Below, piece by piece: positions 17,502-27,175 of a DNA stretch of 43,723 nt (the first letter of the stretch is position 1; every line of letters begins with the position of its first letter). This DNA comes from a virus (lineage: Duplodnaviria; Caudoviricetes). The stretch lies in IMG/VR virus record IMGVR_UViG_3300030376_004869, positions 1 to 43,723 of that record; one strand, written 5' to 3'. The notes under the pieces are model-generated. The model made no database searches. It had not been told where the DNA came from and was given only the letters and a program-made list of their open reading frames with translations. The position numbers and the translations under genes are program-made.

Positions 17502-20403
17502 CTCTATAATTTTTATTAGTTAAGTCTCCCTCCCATGCCAATGAATATAATGTCGTTGGAGAAGGATGAGATGACGATATAGTTATAGTTACGTTTGTAT
17601 TTCGATCATAGATTGGTACATTTTGGACTTTCTCAGGTAAAAAACTTATAGCATTGGCTTGAGTAGTATCAGCAGTTGTAGATTCATAAGTTTGTTCATA
17701 ATCAGCTCGACCTGTTCTACTTAATTTAGTTTTAAATAAACCATTAGTACCAAAGAACACTTTAAGTCTATGCAGAATAAGAGAGTTATTTTGTTGTACA
17801 CGCTGTTCATTGCCACTGGTAACTTTATAGTAAAAAGTTGGTAGCTTTACTTCCATATCAAATAGATAACCAATCTTAAACGTTTCACTTTTCCAGTCAC
17901 CATCAAGCTCTAAATTACTACCATTTACCGTAGCCGCTCCATACCTAGTAATGTTATTACCAGAATCTATGTCAATAGCAACAATTTGATTTGTACTTTC
18001 AAACCCGGTTGGTTTAGCAAAAGTAGTTTTATTTGTTGTTGCATTATAGGTATTAGATGCCGTTGTCACAGAAGCTATATTGTCTAAATGAATCCTATAA
18101 ATAATGTCATCATCAACAATTGTATTGGATGAAGTATCAAGTTTTAAATCAATTCTTTGCAGTTGATCTTTACTGTTGTTTCTGACTACTGCATATAAAG
18201 AATCATCTAGTACACAATGATGTTGGATAGTTCCTGTTAGCTCCCATGTAAACCATGCTTGCTGTATACGCTTCTGACCTACATCAAAATACTTATAACC
18301 ATATAAGATATTTTTATTTTTCTCTCCAAACAGAATTAATCCATTCTCTCTAGAGATTGCAACCAACGTTATATTCTTATCAAATAATCTACTAACAACT
18401 TTTGATTGCTCTATTATTTGTGGCTCACCTTCTCTTTGTGCTCCAGCCATTTCCCAGAATCTGGAGTATTTACCAGCATCATCTAAGAAACCAATAGTTG
18501 TACCGAGTGAAACTGGATTACTTTTAATATTAAAATTATAAGATGATAAAGAATTTATTTTGGCTGTATTAGATGACAAGACATCACTATCTGTTGTCAA
18601 CATAAACTGTTGATTTTTAGTAAATAAAATTAAACCACTATTAACTTGTATACCATCATAAACAATAGCTGGATATTCAGAACTACAAGATAAGTCAATC
18701 ATATCTGAACTCGAGAATGTCACAGCAGTTTTAGCCCAGAAATTATAAAAATCTCCGGGTTGAGACATGATGACATTTTCATCACTTAAAATAACTAATC
18801 TATTTCTAAAAAATAAAAGCTTATTTATAGTGGATCCTACAAAACTTCCACGTGGATTAGTTCCATTTTCTCCAGTAGTACCAACAAGTGCATTAGTCCA
18901 AGATATCTGTTCAACTTTAAATGTGCCATCAGCTAACCTTTGTATTTGAATAGGTAATGTAGCTGCGTCATATTGAATATTTTCTCCGGGTTTTACACAT
19001 TCTTCCCAAACACCTTCACCATCTCTGTCATTATGACCAAAGAATTTGACGAAATAATCATCCTCTTCTGCTGTACTGTTAGCAACTTTGACTATCATTC
19101 CGTGTTTACATTGCCGTGGTAATTCAGCAACGTCATTAACTTCTCCAGAGACAACAGTTAATAACTCACTTGCAGAAGAAGCCGCATTAAAGGAACCTGA
19201 CGCTCTTGTTATATACAAACCATTACCAATAGTTTGAACATTAGCATCACTAAAATTACCTGTGGCAATAACATCTTTACGTATACCACCAAGAATTGAA
19301 TCGGTAGTAACTGTTGTTTGAGTATCGAAAGCTGTTGGTGTAGGACGTATTAAACCTAAGTTTGCTTTAACAGAAGATTCACTATGATCTTTAACTGTAA
19401 TTTTATACTTAGCATTCTCCATCCAGACATAGAAGAAATCACCAGTTCTCCAACCTTGTCCACCATGTAATAATTCAACTTGTGTTCTATAACGACAAGT
19501 ATATTTTGGATTTCCTACATCACTTTCGGGTAAAGCTTGTCCAGTGGTATCAATTCTAAATATTAAATCTTTACGATCACTAGCACTTCCACCATTAGCT
19601 GTAACTGAATATGTATGAGCGATATTATTTTTATCGGCTGCAATTCCAGAATCACCGTTACTTATAGAAAATATACGTACAGCTACATTGGGGCACATCC
19701 CATCTTCTTGGGGATTATTTGTGTTGTAACACCAGCTTGTATAACTCCCTGTACCGGGTTCTGTTCCAGATGGTGCGAATGTTTGTCCATCACTTGTACA
19801 ACTATTACCACTATCTACCTCTCTGTCTATATCTATTCTAGTGGCAGTATAAACAGTTGTTGTACTTGTACTGTCATATAAATCTACTGAATATTGTGAG
19901 GCATATGATTTTCTTTTTAATTCTAAAAATACTTCCGGTGGTCTAGCTGTTTCAACTGTACTTGTCATAGCTACAGTCTTAGTACGATTAGTTACATAAG
20001 TAATATCGTTTAAAGTTAGAGTTTGTAGCTGTTCGTCATCTGTATGAGTTAAATAATTTGTTAACGCACTTGATGTACCAGAATCATAATTGACAGTCAT
20101 TGATGCACCGTCACTACAACGCCACATATTGACATCACCTGCCCTAGTGATCTGTCCTATATATTGTTCAGTTTCATCTCTGTAATAACTAAACCATCTT
20201 CCATTAGTGGAGGAGTTTAAGGCAGATGTCCCGTTATCACTTAATGAAGCTATAAATTTACTACCGGGTCTTTTTATCAATCCGAGAGTTACATCAGGCA
20301 ATACATTTTTAGCTGAAGAAACTTGTCCCGGTAATTTTAAATCATCTGGTTGTTGTGAAATACCAGCGGTTAAAGTAGGTATTGTCTGAGTAACACTTGT
20401 CAT
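17494..20403 (-). CDS. Tail tubular protein B (gp12, nozzle)
   Basis: TQTIPTLTAGISQQPD, GLIKRPG, FFRNRL, QQAWFTW motifs. Confidence 0.93.
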   Translation of the reverse strand: MTSVTQTIPTLTAGISQQPDDLKLPGQVSSAKNVLPDVTLGLIKRPGSKFIASLSDNGTSALNSSTNGRWFSYYRDETEQYIGQITRAGDVNMWRCSDGASMTVNYDSGTSSALTNYLTHTDDEQLQTLTLNDITYVTNRTKTVAMTSTVETARPPEVFLELKRKSYASQYSVDLYDSTSTTTVYTATRIDIDREVDSGNSCTSDGQTFAPSGTEPGTGSYTSWCYNTNNPQEDGMCPNVAVRIFSISNGDSGIAADKNNIAHTYSVTANGGSASDRKDLIFRIDTTGQALPESDVGNPKYTCRYRTQVELLHGGQGWRTGDFFYVWMENAKYKITVKDHSESSVKANLGLIRPTPTAFDTQTTVTTDSILGGIRKDVIATGNFSDANVQTIGNGLYITRASGSFNAASSASELLTVVSGEVNDVAELPRQCKHGMIVKVANSTAEEDDYFVKFFGHNDRDGEGVWEECVKPGENIQYDAATLPIQIQRLADGTFKVEQISWTNALVGTTGENGTNPRGSFVGSTINKLLFFRNRLVILSDENVIMSQPGDFYNFWAKTAVTFSSSDMIDLSCSSEYPAIVYDGIQVNSGLILFTKNQQFMLTTDSDVLSSNTAKINSLSSYNFNIKSNPVSLGTTIGFLDDAGKYSRFWEMAGAQREGEPQIIEQSKVVSRLFDKNITLVAISRENGLILFGEKNKNILYGYKYFDVGQKRIQQAWFTWELTGTIQHHCVLDDSLYAVVRNNSKDQLQRIDLKLDTSSNTIVDDDIIYRIHLDNIASVTTASNTYNATTNKTTFAKPTGFESTNQIVAIDIDSGNNITRYGAATVNGSNLELDGDWKSETFKIGYLFDMEVKLPTFYYKVTSGNEQRVQQNNSLILHRLKVFFGTNGLFKTKLSRTGRADYEQTYESTTADTTQANAISFLPEKVQNVPIYDRNTNVTITISSSHPSPTTLYSLAWEGDLTNKNYRVV

Positions 20404-21065
20404 TATCTATGTAAAGCGTGAAATGGCTGATAAGATTTATATGCACTTTCATGTGGCAAGCCATAGAAGCTTGCATCACTCATGTTGCATTCATATTCCA
20501 TACAAGAAGCTCTAGCTTTTGCTTCTTCTATCTGTAGTTGTTGTACGAGTTGTGGGTTATTAACTAACTGAGTAGCTGCTCTTACGGCTGCAGATTTAAT
20601 AATGTATCTTTGAAAGACACTTGGTAAATCTGTAAATTTATAAAGAGTAACTACATCTATAAATAGATCTTTATCAAACTCGTTTGTATGTTCAACAAGG
20701 TCATATAGTTTTCCATCTCTTGTAACAACATCCATTTGCTTATCTTGTAAACCTTCATGTAGGTCGTACCTCAAAGCATCAGTTGGTGGCAAGATATTTT
20801 TATTTGCATCAGGTGTAACTTTTACATGCTCTTCTGTATTGAAGTGCCAACCTTCATTTTGAATATCTTTATTGCACTCAGTTAGTAAGTTATATACTAA
20901 GGCTATTTCTGGATTGGCATAAGTGTTAGCTATCTCAGTCGCACTGTTAGTTACATCTGAAGTTACTGTCCCTAATGTTGTAACTGGGGACTGACCGATA
21001 GCTCCCAGTATTGAATTAACTGCGGATAGTTCGGTATCGGTATCAATAGTAGTGGGAGTCGTCAT
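20403..21065 (-). CDS. Tail tubular protein A (gp11)
   Basis: TELSAVNSILGAIGQSPV, QNEGWHFNTE, LPSVFQRYI motifs. Confidence 0.93.
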   Translation of the reverse strand: MTTPTTIDTDTELSAVNSILGAIGQSPVTTLGTVTSDVTNSATEIANTYANPEIALVYNLLTECNKDIQNEGWHFNTEEHVKVTPDANKNILPPTDALRYDLHEGLQDKQMDVVTRDGKLYDLVEHTNEFDKDLFIDVVTLYKFTDLPSVFQRYIIKSAAVRAATQLVNNPQLVQQLQIEEAKARASCMEYECNMSDASFYGLPHESAYKSYQPFHALHR

Positions 21066-21077
21066 AATTTATTGCAT

Positions 21078-21103
21078 AAAAAAAGGGGGTACAAAGACCC
21101 CCC
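21078..21103 (-). terminator. T-phi-like terminator after the capsid gene
   Basis: GGGGGT-CTTTGT-ACCCCC followed by T7, in the same position as T7 T-phi. Confidence 0.85.
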
Positions 21104-21118
21104 GTATAAACACTGAAT

Positions 21119-22267
21119 TTAGAAAGCAGCAGGTTTAGTTGTAGTACCAGCGAATAGTTCTACAGAAGCTGCAGGGTTTAGATAATCTGCACCCATAGCA
21201 AGTCTTCCAAGAATCACATCACCCTGATAGATGACTGAAACATCACCAGAGGTTACTTGTACTTGTGGACCTATTGCTTCGACAACACCAGCGGCTTCAC
21301 GTTGGAAGATAAGTCCGCATGAGTTGGCGAATGAAGTTGCATTACCGTAATCGTTGTTAATACCAGTTACGGAACTGCGAGCATCTTCAGTGGCTTCTCC
21401 AACAAATGATCCTGTGTTACCGGGATCTACTGTTGCTGGGTCAGTACCAGCTGTAGGACTAGATGCTGGAGCATACTTAGTACCATACTTACTGAAGAAA
21501 GGTACATTCATAGACTTGAAGATCTTGATACCAGCTATCTCAATGATGCCGTTACCAGACTGCAAGGCTGTACCTTGTACGTCTCTATTAATGAGACCGT
21601 TTGAACCAACGTCTTGGATAAGAGCGTAGTACTGTCTTGGGTTAAGAACAGCTACTCTGCCGTCACCACTAACTCCTTTTTCATCAAGAGCTGCAGCTGC
21701 ATCATAGAATGCAGTTACAAGCTTACCTGCGTTAAGAGCGTCGTCAGCATCAGAACCAGCTCCAACTTGGATCTGAGTTCCGCCGGGTTCTACGAAATTA
21801 GATTTCGTGATTGGGCTAGCTACTCTTGCACCGCGAGTTACGGCACGTAAGATTAGTCGGTCATATTTCTGAGCAAGTGCATATCCAATCTTCTTAGATA
21901 TTTCTCCTCTCAACTCATAATGTGCAAGTGTCTCGTCTAGCTCATACACAAAAGCTGAACTGATAAGGAGATCATCGCATGTGATAGTCTTCTCAGCTAC
22001 TGGAGGTGCTCCATCGGAGTTACCAAGTATGCTGTTTCCCGGTGTATGGAATTCAGCTTTGGTGTGTCCTGTGTAGATAAATTGTAAAGATTTCCCGTTC
22101 TTAAGGGTTCTCTTCATTACAAGGTCACGCGCAATTGACTGGTGCTCGAACCCTTTAAACATCTCTCCACTAAAAAGTTTCAAGTAAAGGGCACGGGCAT
22201 CACCTGTGCTATTGGCTTGACCTGCTCGGGTCAACGACGCTGAAGCGTCTGTTTGCTGTTGAGCCAT
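21119..22267 (-). CDS. Major capsid protein (gp10)
   Basis: ALYLKLFSGEMFKGF, RTLKNGKSLQF, GYALAQKYDR, GRLAMGA motifs. Confidence 0.96.
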   Translation of the reverse strand: MAQQQTDASASLTRAGQANSTGDARALYLKLFSGEMFKGFEHQSIARDLVMKRTLKNGKSLQFIYTGHTKAEFHTPGNSILGNSDGAPPVAEKTITCDDLLISSAFVYELDETLAHYELRGEISKKIGYALAQKYDRLILRAVTRGARVASPITKSNFVEPGGTQIQVGAGSDADDALNAGKLVTAFYDAAAALDEKGVSGDGRVAVLNPRQYYALIQDVGSNGLINRDVQGTALQSGNGIIEIAGIKIFKSMNVPFFSKYGTKYAPASSPTAGTDPATVDPGNTGSFVGEATEDARSSVTGINNDYGNATSFANSCGLIFQREAAGVVEAIGPQVQVTSGDVSVIYQGDVILGRLAMGADYLNPAASVELFAGTTTKPAAF

Positions 22268-22343
22268 TTTTCTATATTTTTAAAAGTTTGAAGGTATAAA
22301 TGATCCTTTGCGCAAATAGAATTAAACGTTTTTTGGACGTTTG

Positions 22344-22441
22344 TGTGGTCTATCCCACCGTCATGACGGCTAATAGGTATCCTGCGTACAGGGCTAAAAG
22401 CCAAATGAAAAGGGAGTCCGACTCTGAGGTGCTCCCTTTCC
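22344..22441 (-). promoter_or_regulatory. Structured capsid leader (several hairpins)
   Basis: AAAGGGAG..CTCCCTTT, GGCT..CCTG-TACG-CAGG..AGCC and CCGTC-AT-GACGG stems in a non-coding gap. Confidence 0.5.
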
Positions 22442-22443
22442 TT

Positions 22444-22644
22444 TTATTTTAAATATTTATTTATTACTTCTACTTGATCATGGTAACGAGCAACTTTATC
22501 AAGCTCAATACCTATTGCTTCTGTTACGTCAGAGTGCTCACCAATCCCAACAGGATTGTGTAAGTAAACCTCAACGTTTGCTAGATGTTTTGCAATCTCC
22601 CCAGAAGCATGTGCTTTAAGAGCATTTAGTAATTGTGTTCTCAT
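22444..22644 (-). CDS. Conserved cyanophage hypothetical protein (66 aa)
   Basis: MRTQLLNALKAHASGEIAKHLANVEVYLHNPVGIGEHSD motif recalled from cyanophages; start placed at the ATG at 22644. Confidence 0.8.
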   Translation of the reverse strand: MRTQLLNALKAHASGEIAKHLANVEVYLHNPVGIGEHSDVTEAIGIELDKVARYHDQVEVINKYLK

Positions 22645-22753
22645 TTTGTATATGTTGGTGGTAGATAACATGAGACCACTCAATACCAGCAAATAGAAAT
22701 AGGACTGCAAAGCAGATTACCCAATATCCATTAACTTGTAAGAGCTTCTTCAA
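22616..22753 (-). CDS. Small single-TM protein (45 aa, TTG start)
   Basis: Hand translation MKKLLQVNGYWVICFAVLFLFAGIEWSHVIYHQHIQNENTITKCS fills the gap and overlaps both neighbours. Confidence 0.55.
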   Translation of the reverse strand: MKKLLQVNGYWVICFAVLFLFAGIEWSHVIYHQHIQNENTITKCS

Positions 22754-22859
22754 GAGAGTCGTATTCAACGTCCTCTTCTTTTTTCTTTTCTTCAATTTCT
22801 TCAGATTCGGGTGTTAGGCGCGTTACGAATGCGCGTGCTTGGTTTTGTTGTTGTGACAT
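22731..22859 (-). CDS. Small acidic protein (42 aa)
   Basis: MSQQQNQARAFVTRLTPESEEIEEKKKEEDVEYDSLEEALTS; TAATG coupling with the porin-like gene. Confidence 0.7.
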   Translation of the reverse strand: MSQQQNQARAFVTRLTPESEEIEEKKKEEDVEYDSLEEALTS

Positions 22860-23221
22860 TAGAATGACCACTTAGCACCAAGCTTTGTACCCCAACCATT
22901 ATCTGTGTCTTCGTCGAAAATATTAGAGAAAGCTAGCTCACCATATAGACCAAGCTTTTCCGTAGCAGCTACAGAGCCGCCCACTTTACCAGACCAATTT
23001 GAATCAGAATCAACACCATCTGCAGCATTAATTGTTTTACCGCCTTGTACATACCAGTCAAAAGAACCAAGTGTATTCTCATAACCTATGTGTAGATCTG
23101 TAGCTCTTGATGTGTAATCAGAGCCAGTATATGAAGCGTTAGTTTCTACATTTACATATGGTCTAGCCATTGCAGGTGTAGAAGCGAGAGTGGTCGCTAG
23201 GACAAGTGCAAGTTTTTTCAT
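22859..23221 (-). CDS. Small outer-membrane beta-barrel/porin-like protein
   Basis: Signal peptide MKKLALVLATTLASTPAMA, alternating amphipathic strands, and C-terminal LGAKWSF beta-signal ending in Phe. Confidence 0.8.
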   Translation of the reverse strand: MKKLALVLATTLASTPAMARPYVNVETNASYTGSDYTSRATDLHIGYENTLGSFDWYVQGGKTINAADGVDSDSNWSGKVGGSVAATEKLGLYGELAFSNIFDEDTDNGWGTKLGAKWSF

Positions 23222-23329
23222 TTAATTTTTGTATGATTTGTAATAAGTGATGCCACGATATTTGAGTTTTTGTTCTCTTTTAAAAATCTCTTGTTCTTGA
23301 ACACGAGCTTGTAATTCTATTGGAGACAT
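23222..23329 (-). CDS. DUF4278-like peptide (35 aa)
   Basis: MSPIELQARVQEQEIFKREQKLKYRGITYYKSYKN with the L-x-YRG-x-x-Y motif; GAGG RBS; directly after the riboswitch. Confidence 0.85.
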   Translation of the reverse strand: MSPIELQARVQEQEIFKREQKLKYRGITYYKSYKN

Positions 23330-23342
23330 AATAAACCTCAAG

Positions 23343-23396
23343 TACCAAGACCCCGTTCCATGCCTTGGTTTCATGCGTCCCAATGGGGGATGAACG
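23343..23396 (-). promoter_or_regulatory. Glutamine-II (Downstream-peptide) riboswitch
   Basis: CGTTCATCCC-CCATT-GGGACGCATGAAACCAAGGCATGGAACGGGGTCTTGG: CGTTC/GAACG P1, and a CCAAG/CTTGG pseudoknot near the RBS. Matches the recalled consensus and its usual gene context. Confidence 0.85.
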
Positions 23397-23405
23397 GACG
23401 TGGAC

Positions 23406-24479
23406 TTAGGCGATAGCAGGTGCTATCAATGCAACTTCTTGAGTTTCAGTTGAAGCTAAATCTAACGGGAAATTATGTGCATTTCTTTCATGCATAACTT
23501 CCATACCGAGATCAGCTCTGTTTAATACGTCAGCCCAAGTTGGGATAACGGCTCCATTTGCAGCATTAACGGACTGATTAAAATTGAATCCGTTAAGATT
23601 AAATGCCATCGTAGAAACTCCCATGGAGGTAATCCAGATGCAAGTGACTGGCCAAGCAGCAAGAAAGAAATGAAGAGCCCGACTATTATTGAAAGAAGCA
23701 TATTGGAAAATCAAACGTCCAAAGTATCCGTGAGCGGCAACAATGTTGTATGTCTCACCTTCTTGTCCAAATTTATATCCGTAGTTCTGGGACACGTCTT
23801 CAGCTGTTTCTCTAACAAGTGAGGAAGTAACAAGACTTCCGTGCATAGCAGCGAATAAAGCTCCACCGAATACCCCTGCAACACCGAGCATATGGAACGG
23901 ATGCATAAGGATATTGTGTTCGGCTTGGAAAACGAACATGAAATTGAAAGTGCCAGAAATACCAAGAGGCATACCATCACTAAAACTCCCTTGACCGAAT
24001 GGGTACACAAGGAAGACTGCAAAAGCTGCAGCTACTGGTGCGGAATAAGCAACACATATCCATGGTCTCATTCCTAATCTGTAACTAAGTTCCCATTGTC
24101 GTCCCAAGTAAGCTGAGATACCAATGAGGAAGTGGAAGACGATGAGTTGATATGGTCCACCATTGTAGAGCCATTCATCAATGTTTGCCGCTTCCCAGAT
24201 GGGGTAGAAGTGTAGCCCGATAGCATTGGAGCTCGGGACAATGGCTCCTGAGATGATGTTGTTTCCATAAAGCAATGAGCCAGCTACTGGTTCGCGAATG
24301 CCGTCAATATCGACGGGGGGTGCAGCAACAAACGCAATAAGAAAGCAGGTCACTGCAGTTAAAAGTGCAGGGATCATAAGCACACCAAACCACCCCACAT
24401 AGAGGCGGTTGTTTGTGCTAGTAACCCAGTCACAAAAGCTATTCCAATTTGACGGTTTAGTTAATGTGGCTGTTGTCAT
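23406..24479 (-). CDS. psbA: Photosystem II D1 protein
   Basis: [39 protein letters not shown]; uninterrupted 357 aa. Confidence 0.99.
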   Translation of the reverse strand: MTTATLTKPSNWNSFCDWVTSTNNRLYVGWFGVLMIPALLTAVTCFLIAFVAAPPVDIDGIREPVAGSLLYGNNIISGAIVPSSNAIGLHFYPIWEAANIDEWLYNGGPYQLIVFHFLIGISAYLGRQWELSYRLGMRPWICVAYSAPVAAAFAVFLVYPFGQGSFSDGMPLGISGTFNFMFVFQAEHNILMHPFHMLGVAGVFGGALFAAMHGSLVTSSLVRETAEDVSQNYGYKFGQEGETYNIVAAHGYFGRLIFQYASFNNSRALHFFLAAWPVTCIWITSMGVSTMAFNLNGFNFNQSVNAANGAVIPTWADVLNRADLGMEVMHERNAHNFPLDLASTETQEVALIAPAIA

Positions 24480-24656
24480 TTAAATAATTCCGGGGATAAT
24501 TTGTCCAGTTGTTAAATACGCACCAAGAGCTGCGACAACGCCTAGCATTGCTACACGTCCATTTAGCTCTTCTGCATTACGCATTAAATAATTTTGTTCT
24601 TCGTTATTCATAATTCTAATAGGTGGTTCTAAGGCGATTACTTCTGTATCGTTCAT
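24480..24656 (-). CDS. hli: High-light-inducible protein (58 aa)
   Basis: Hand translation ...NAEELNGRVAMLGVVAALGAYLTTGQIIPGII with the ExxNGRxAMxG chlorophyll-binding motif; TAAATG coupling to psbA. Confidence 0.95.
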   Translation of the reverse strand: MNDTEVIALEPPIRIMNNEEQNYLMRNAEELNGRVAMLGVVAALGAYLTTGQIIPGII

Positions 24657-24711
24657 GTATTTAAAAGTAGTGGACGGCGGCGAGGATGATAGGTCAGGTC
24701 GCCACGTCTCA

Positions 24712-24786
24712 TTACTTTTTCTTTGTTGTTTTTTTAACTGGAGGTCTACCGACCTTGGTTCCGTAAGTTCCTTTTCCTTTTGGCAT
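24712..24786 (-). CDS. 24-aa basic peptide MPKGKGTYGTKVGRPPVKKTTKKK
   Basis: ATG 2 nt after the scaffold stop; GRP core flanked by Lys. Confidence 0.65.
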   Translation of the reverse strand: MPKGKGTYGTKVGRPPVKKTTKKK

Positions 24787-24788
24787 GA

Positions 24789-25595
24789 TTAAAAATTAAT
24801 GTTTGAACGTTCTAGTTTTTCAATTAAATCTGCACGATATGCAGGGTCTCTATCGTAAGCAGGATCACTCATTGCTTTAACTACTTCAGCTTGACTTCTG
24901 AAAACATCACGACTTGATGAGGCTGCTTTTCCAGTAAGGGTTGTACCCTCAGTTCCGTAGTTATTTTCGTATTGTGCTTTAAGTCCAGATACAGCTAATT
25001 TAATTAGCTCTACATCCCCTGTGTTAACAGCATTATCAAATGCAGTTACTTGATTCTCAGCTAAATTATTTGCAGCCCAAGAAATAATATCGTTATAATT
25101 TTTCTCGCCACCAACTGAGTTCTTAATTGTATTTATGTCAGTATCAGTTAAATCTGAAACCTCTATATCTCCTGAGTTCTCAGTTGGAGCTGGTTGATTA
25201 TTTTGAAGTTCTACATAAGCTTCTACTAAATCTTTACTACTAAGACTGGAAAACTTTTCAATAGTTTCTGCGCTTAATGAGTTCTTATTATCGTAATACT
25301 CTTTAGATGCTTCATTAATTAAATCAATAGCTGGAGTGGATTTAATCTCAGGTTCTTCTGTTTCTGCTTCAGTTTCTTCAGTTTCTTTCTCAGAAGATTT
25401 TTCTCCTAATTTTTTCTGAAGTTCAATATGTGCTTTTTCAAGTTCTTGAGCATTCTTGTATTTACCAGCTAGAAGTCCTTCTTGTTCTTCTACTAATGCT
25501 TCTCCTACTTTTAAAGATTCTTGTTCAGCTTCAGTTAAATTATCTTCTCTTGTAACGGTATCGCTACCAGCATCATATGTAAGTGTTTCTGCCAT
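24789..25595 (-). CDS. Capsid assembly scaffolding protein (gp9)
   Basis: Acidic; LLAGKYK, VGGEKNY...WA, FRSQAEVVKAMSDPAY motifs. Confidence 0.93.
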   Translation of the reverse strand: MAETLTYDAGSDTVTREDNLTEAEQESLKVGEALVEEQEGLLAGKYKNAQELEKAHIELQKKLGEKSSEKETEETEAETEEPEIKSTPAIDLINEASKEYYDNKNSLSAETIEKFSSLSSKDLVEAYVELQNNQPAPTENSGDIEVSDLTDTDINTIKNSVGGEKNYNDIISWAANNLAENQVTAFDNAVNTGDVELIKLAVSGLKAQYENNYGTEGTTLTGKAASSSRDVFRSQAEVVKAMSDPAYDRDPAYRADLIEKLERSNINF

Positions 25596-25597
25596 AG

Positions 25598-27175
25598 TTA
25601 TTCTTCGGGTGGTTCTTCAATACTTAGGTTTTCTTGTAAGTTTGGATTTTTAGATGGATCCATTATTGGTGCACTTGCTAATTGACCAGCTTGTGCAGTT
25701 AAGGCTTGCTCATTAGCAGCTTGTTGTTCAGCTGCAGCTTCCTCTTGCAATTGTTGTTCAGTTTTAACAAGATTCAATATGTCTATACCTTGTGAAGCAG
25801 CTAATCTTTTTATTACCTCTAAAGGATTAACAAATGATTGCAACGCATCTGCACCCATTGTTTGACCAATGGTTGTAATAAAGGCAGTTAGACTTTCTCT
25901 ATCTTGTCCTCGTCCTAATGCATTAATACCAGCAACTATTTGTGGACGTACTAAATCTTTAGGAATACTTGGTATCTCCTTATTACGTTGTAAAACTAAT
26001 AAAGTTCTATTTAAATAAGGTATTAGGAATGTCACAGTAAGCAATGAAAATATTCCACCTAATTGCTGTTCGATTTCTAATTGTGTAAGTCGTACCTCTT
26101 CTGCAGTAGTTCGTTCACTTTGACGAATATTTAACTGCATAAATGCTTCAGCTATTCTTCGTTCAAGTTGTCCAACCATTGTGGCGGCTGTAGAAAAATC
26201 TGCTGTTTTCCCTACTTGAATTACTGCTATGTCCTCTGGTCTTCCCTGAACAATAGCTCCAGATCCAGCATCTGCAATGGTTTTTGGCTTTGTAGTAGAA
26301 GATGGGCTAACTAGAAAAATTACTTTCGAGGCTGCTGCCGCTCCTTCAACAAGAGCTTGACTTAAACCTTCAAGTGATTTTAAATCGCCAATAAATTCTT
26401 CTACGCGACCTCTACCATAAGCTTCTGAATCAACCGTATTAAATCGGAGAACGAGCCAAGGACTTGCATTCTTTGGTGCGGTGCTACGACTATCAGGAAT
26501 GATCATGTCATCACATTCTTGATGCCAAACCCAACGACCACTTTTACTGTCAAGTCTGACGTGAGTGTATACTTCTGCGTCGTCTCCATCTGAACCTGTC
26601 TTACCAGCAACGACTGATTGCTGATGTGGTTTAGGCGGTTCAATACCTAATACCTTGCGACTGATAATTTCTTTCGTAACTATTTCGAGTACATTACCAT
26701 TACCATCACGATCTACAACATACCTATTTAATGGATAGTTTTTTAAACCATCCTTACTCATAAAGACTAATGAGTTACCACCAACAATTAAATGTTTAAT
26801 AGCTTCATGCAAAATAATACGATCATTAGATGCAGCTATATATTCCATTACCATCCTTTCCATTTTTGCGAAGGATAGTTCTAAATCTGTTTTAACTTCT
26901 GGGGGTATATCTTCACCTAGCTTGTCATCTCTAATTTGAAATTTAAAGAATGTAGATTGTGGCGGTAAAAGAGCAAGTACTAATTTACTCGCTAAACTAA
27001 CTACCGCTTTAGATCCAACTGACTGCCAAGGTTGCTTTAATCTTTTATGGTTTGGATTTGTTGTTAAGTCATCTGTAATTAAGTAAGGCAATGTAAGTTC
27101 AGAACATTCAACTGCTGTATCTAAAAATTGATGTCGATCACTAGCAAGTCGATTGTATCTTTCTTTAGCCTTCAT
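25598..27175 (-). CDS. Head-tail connector/portal protein (gp8)
   Basis: PWQSVG, LASKL..ALLPP, YGRGRVEE, ERTTAEEVR motifs. Confidence 0.96.
   Translation of the reverse strand: MKAKERYNRLASDRHQFLDTAVECSELTLPYLITDDLTTNPNHKRLKQPWQSVGSKAVVSLASKLVLALLPPQSTFFKFQIRDDKLGEDIPPEVKTDLELSFAKMERMVMEYIAASNDRIILHEAIKHLIVGGNSLVFMSKDGLKNYPLNRYVVDRDGNGNVLEIVTKEIISRKVLGIEPPKPHQQSVVAGKTGSDGDDAEVYTHVRLDSKSGRWVWHQECDDMIIPDSRSTAPKNASPWLVLRFNTVDSEAYGRGRVEEFIGDLKSLEGLSQALVEGAAAASKVIFLVSPSSTTKPKTIADAGSGAIVQGRPEDIAVIQVGKTADFSTAATMVGQLERRIAEAFMQLNIRQSERTTAEEVRLTQLEIEQQLGGIFSLLTVTFLIPYLNRTLLVLQRNKEIPSIPKDLVRPQIVAGINALGRGQDRESLTAFITTIGQTMGADALQSFVNPLEVIKRLAASQGIDILNLVKTEQQLQEEAAAEQQAANEQALTAQAGQLASAPIMDPSKNPNLQENLSIEEPPEE

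Noticed and set aside
21066-21160. T7 gp10B-like capsid frameshift extension
   Set aside because: No clear slippery site near the capsid end, and the terminator and gp11 start follow within about 50 nt.
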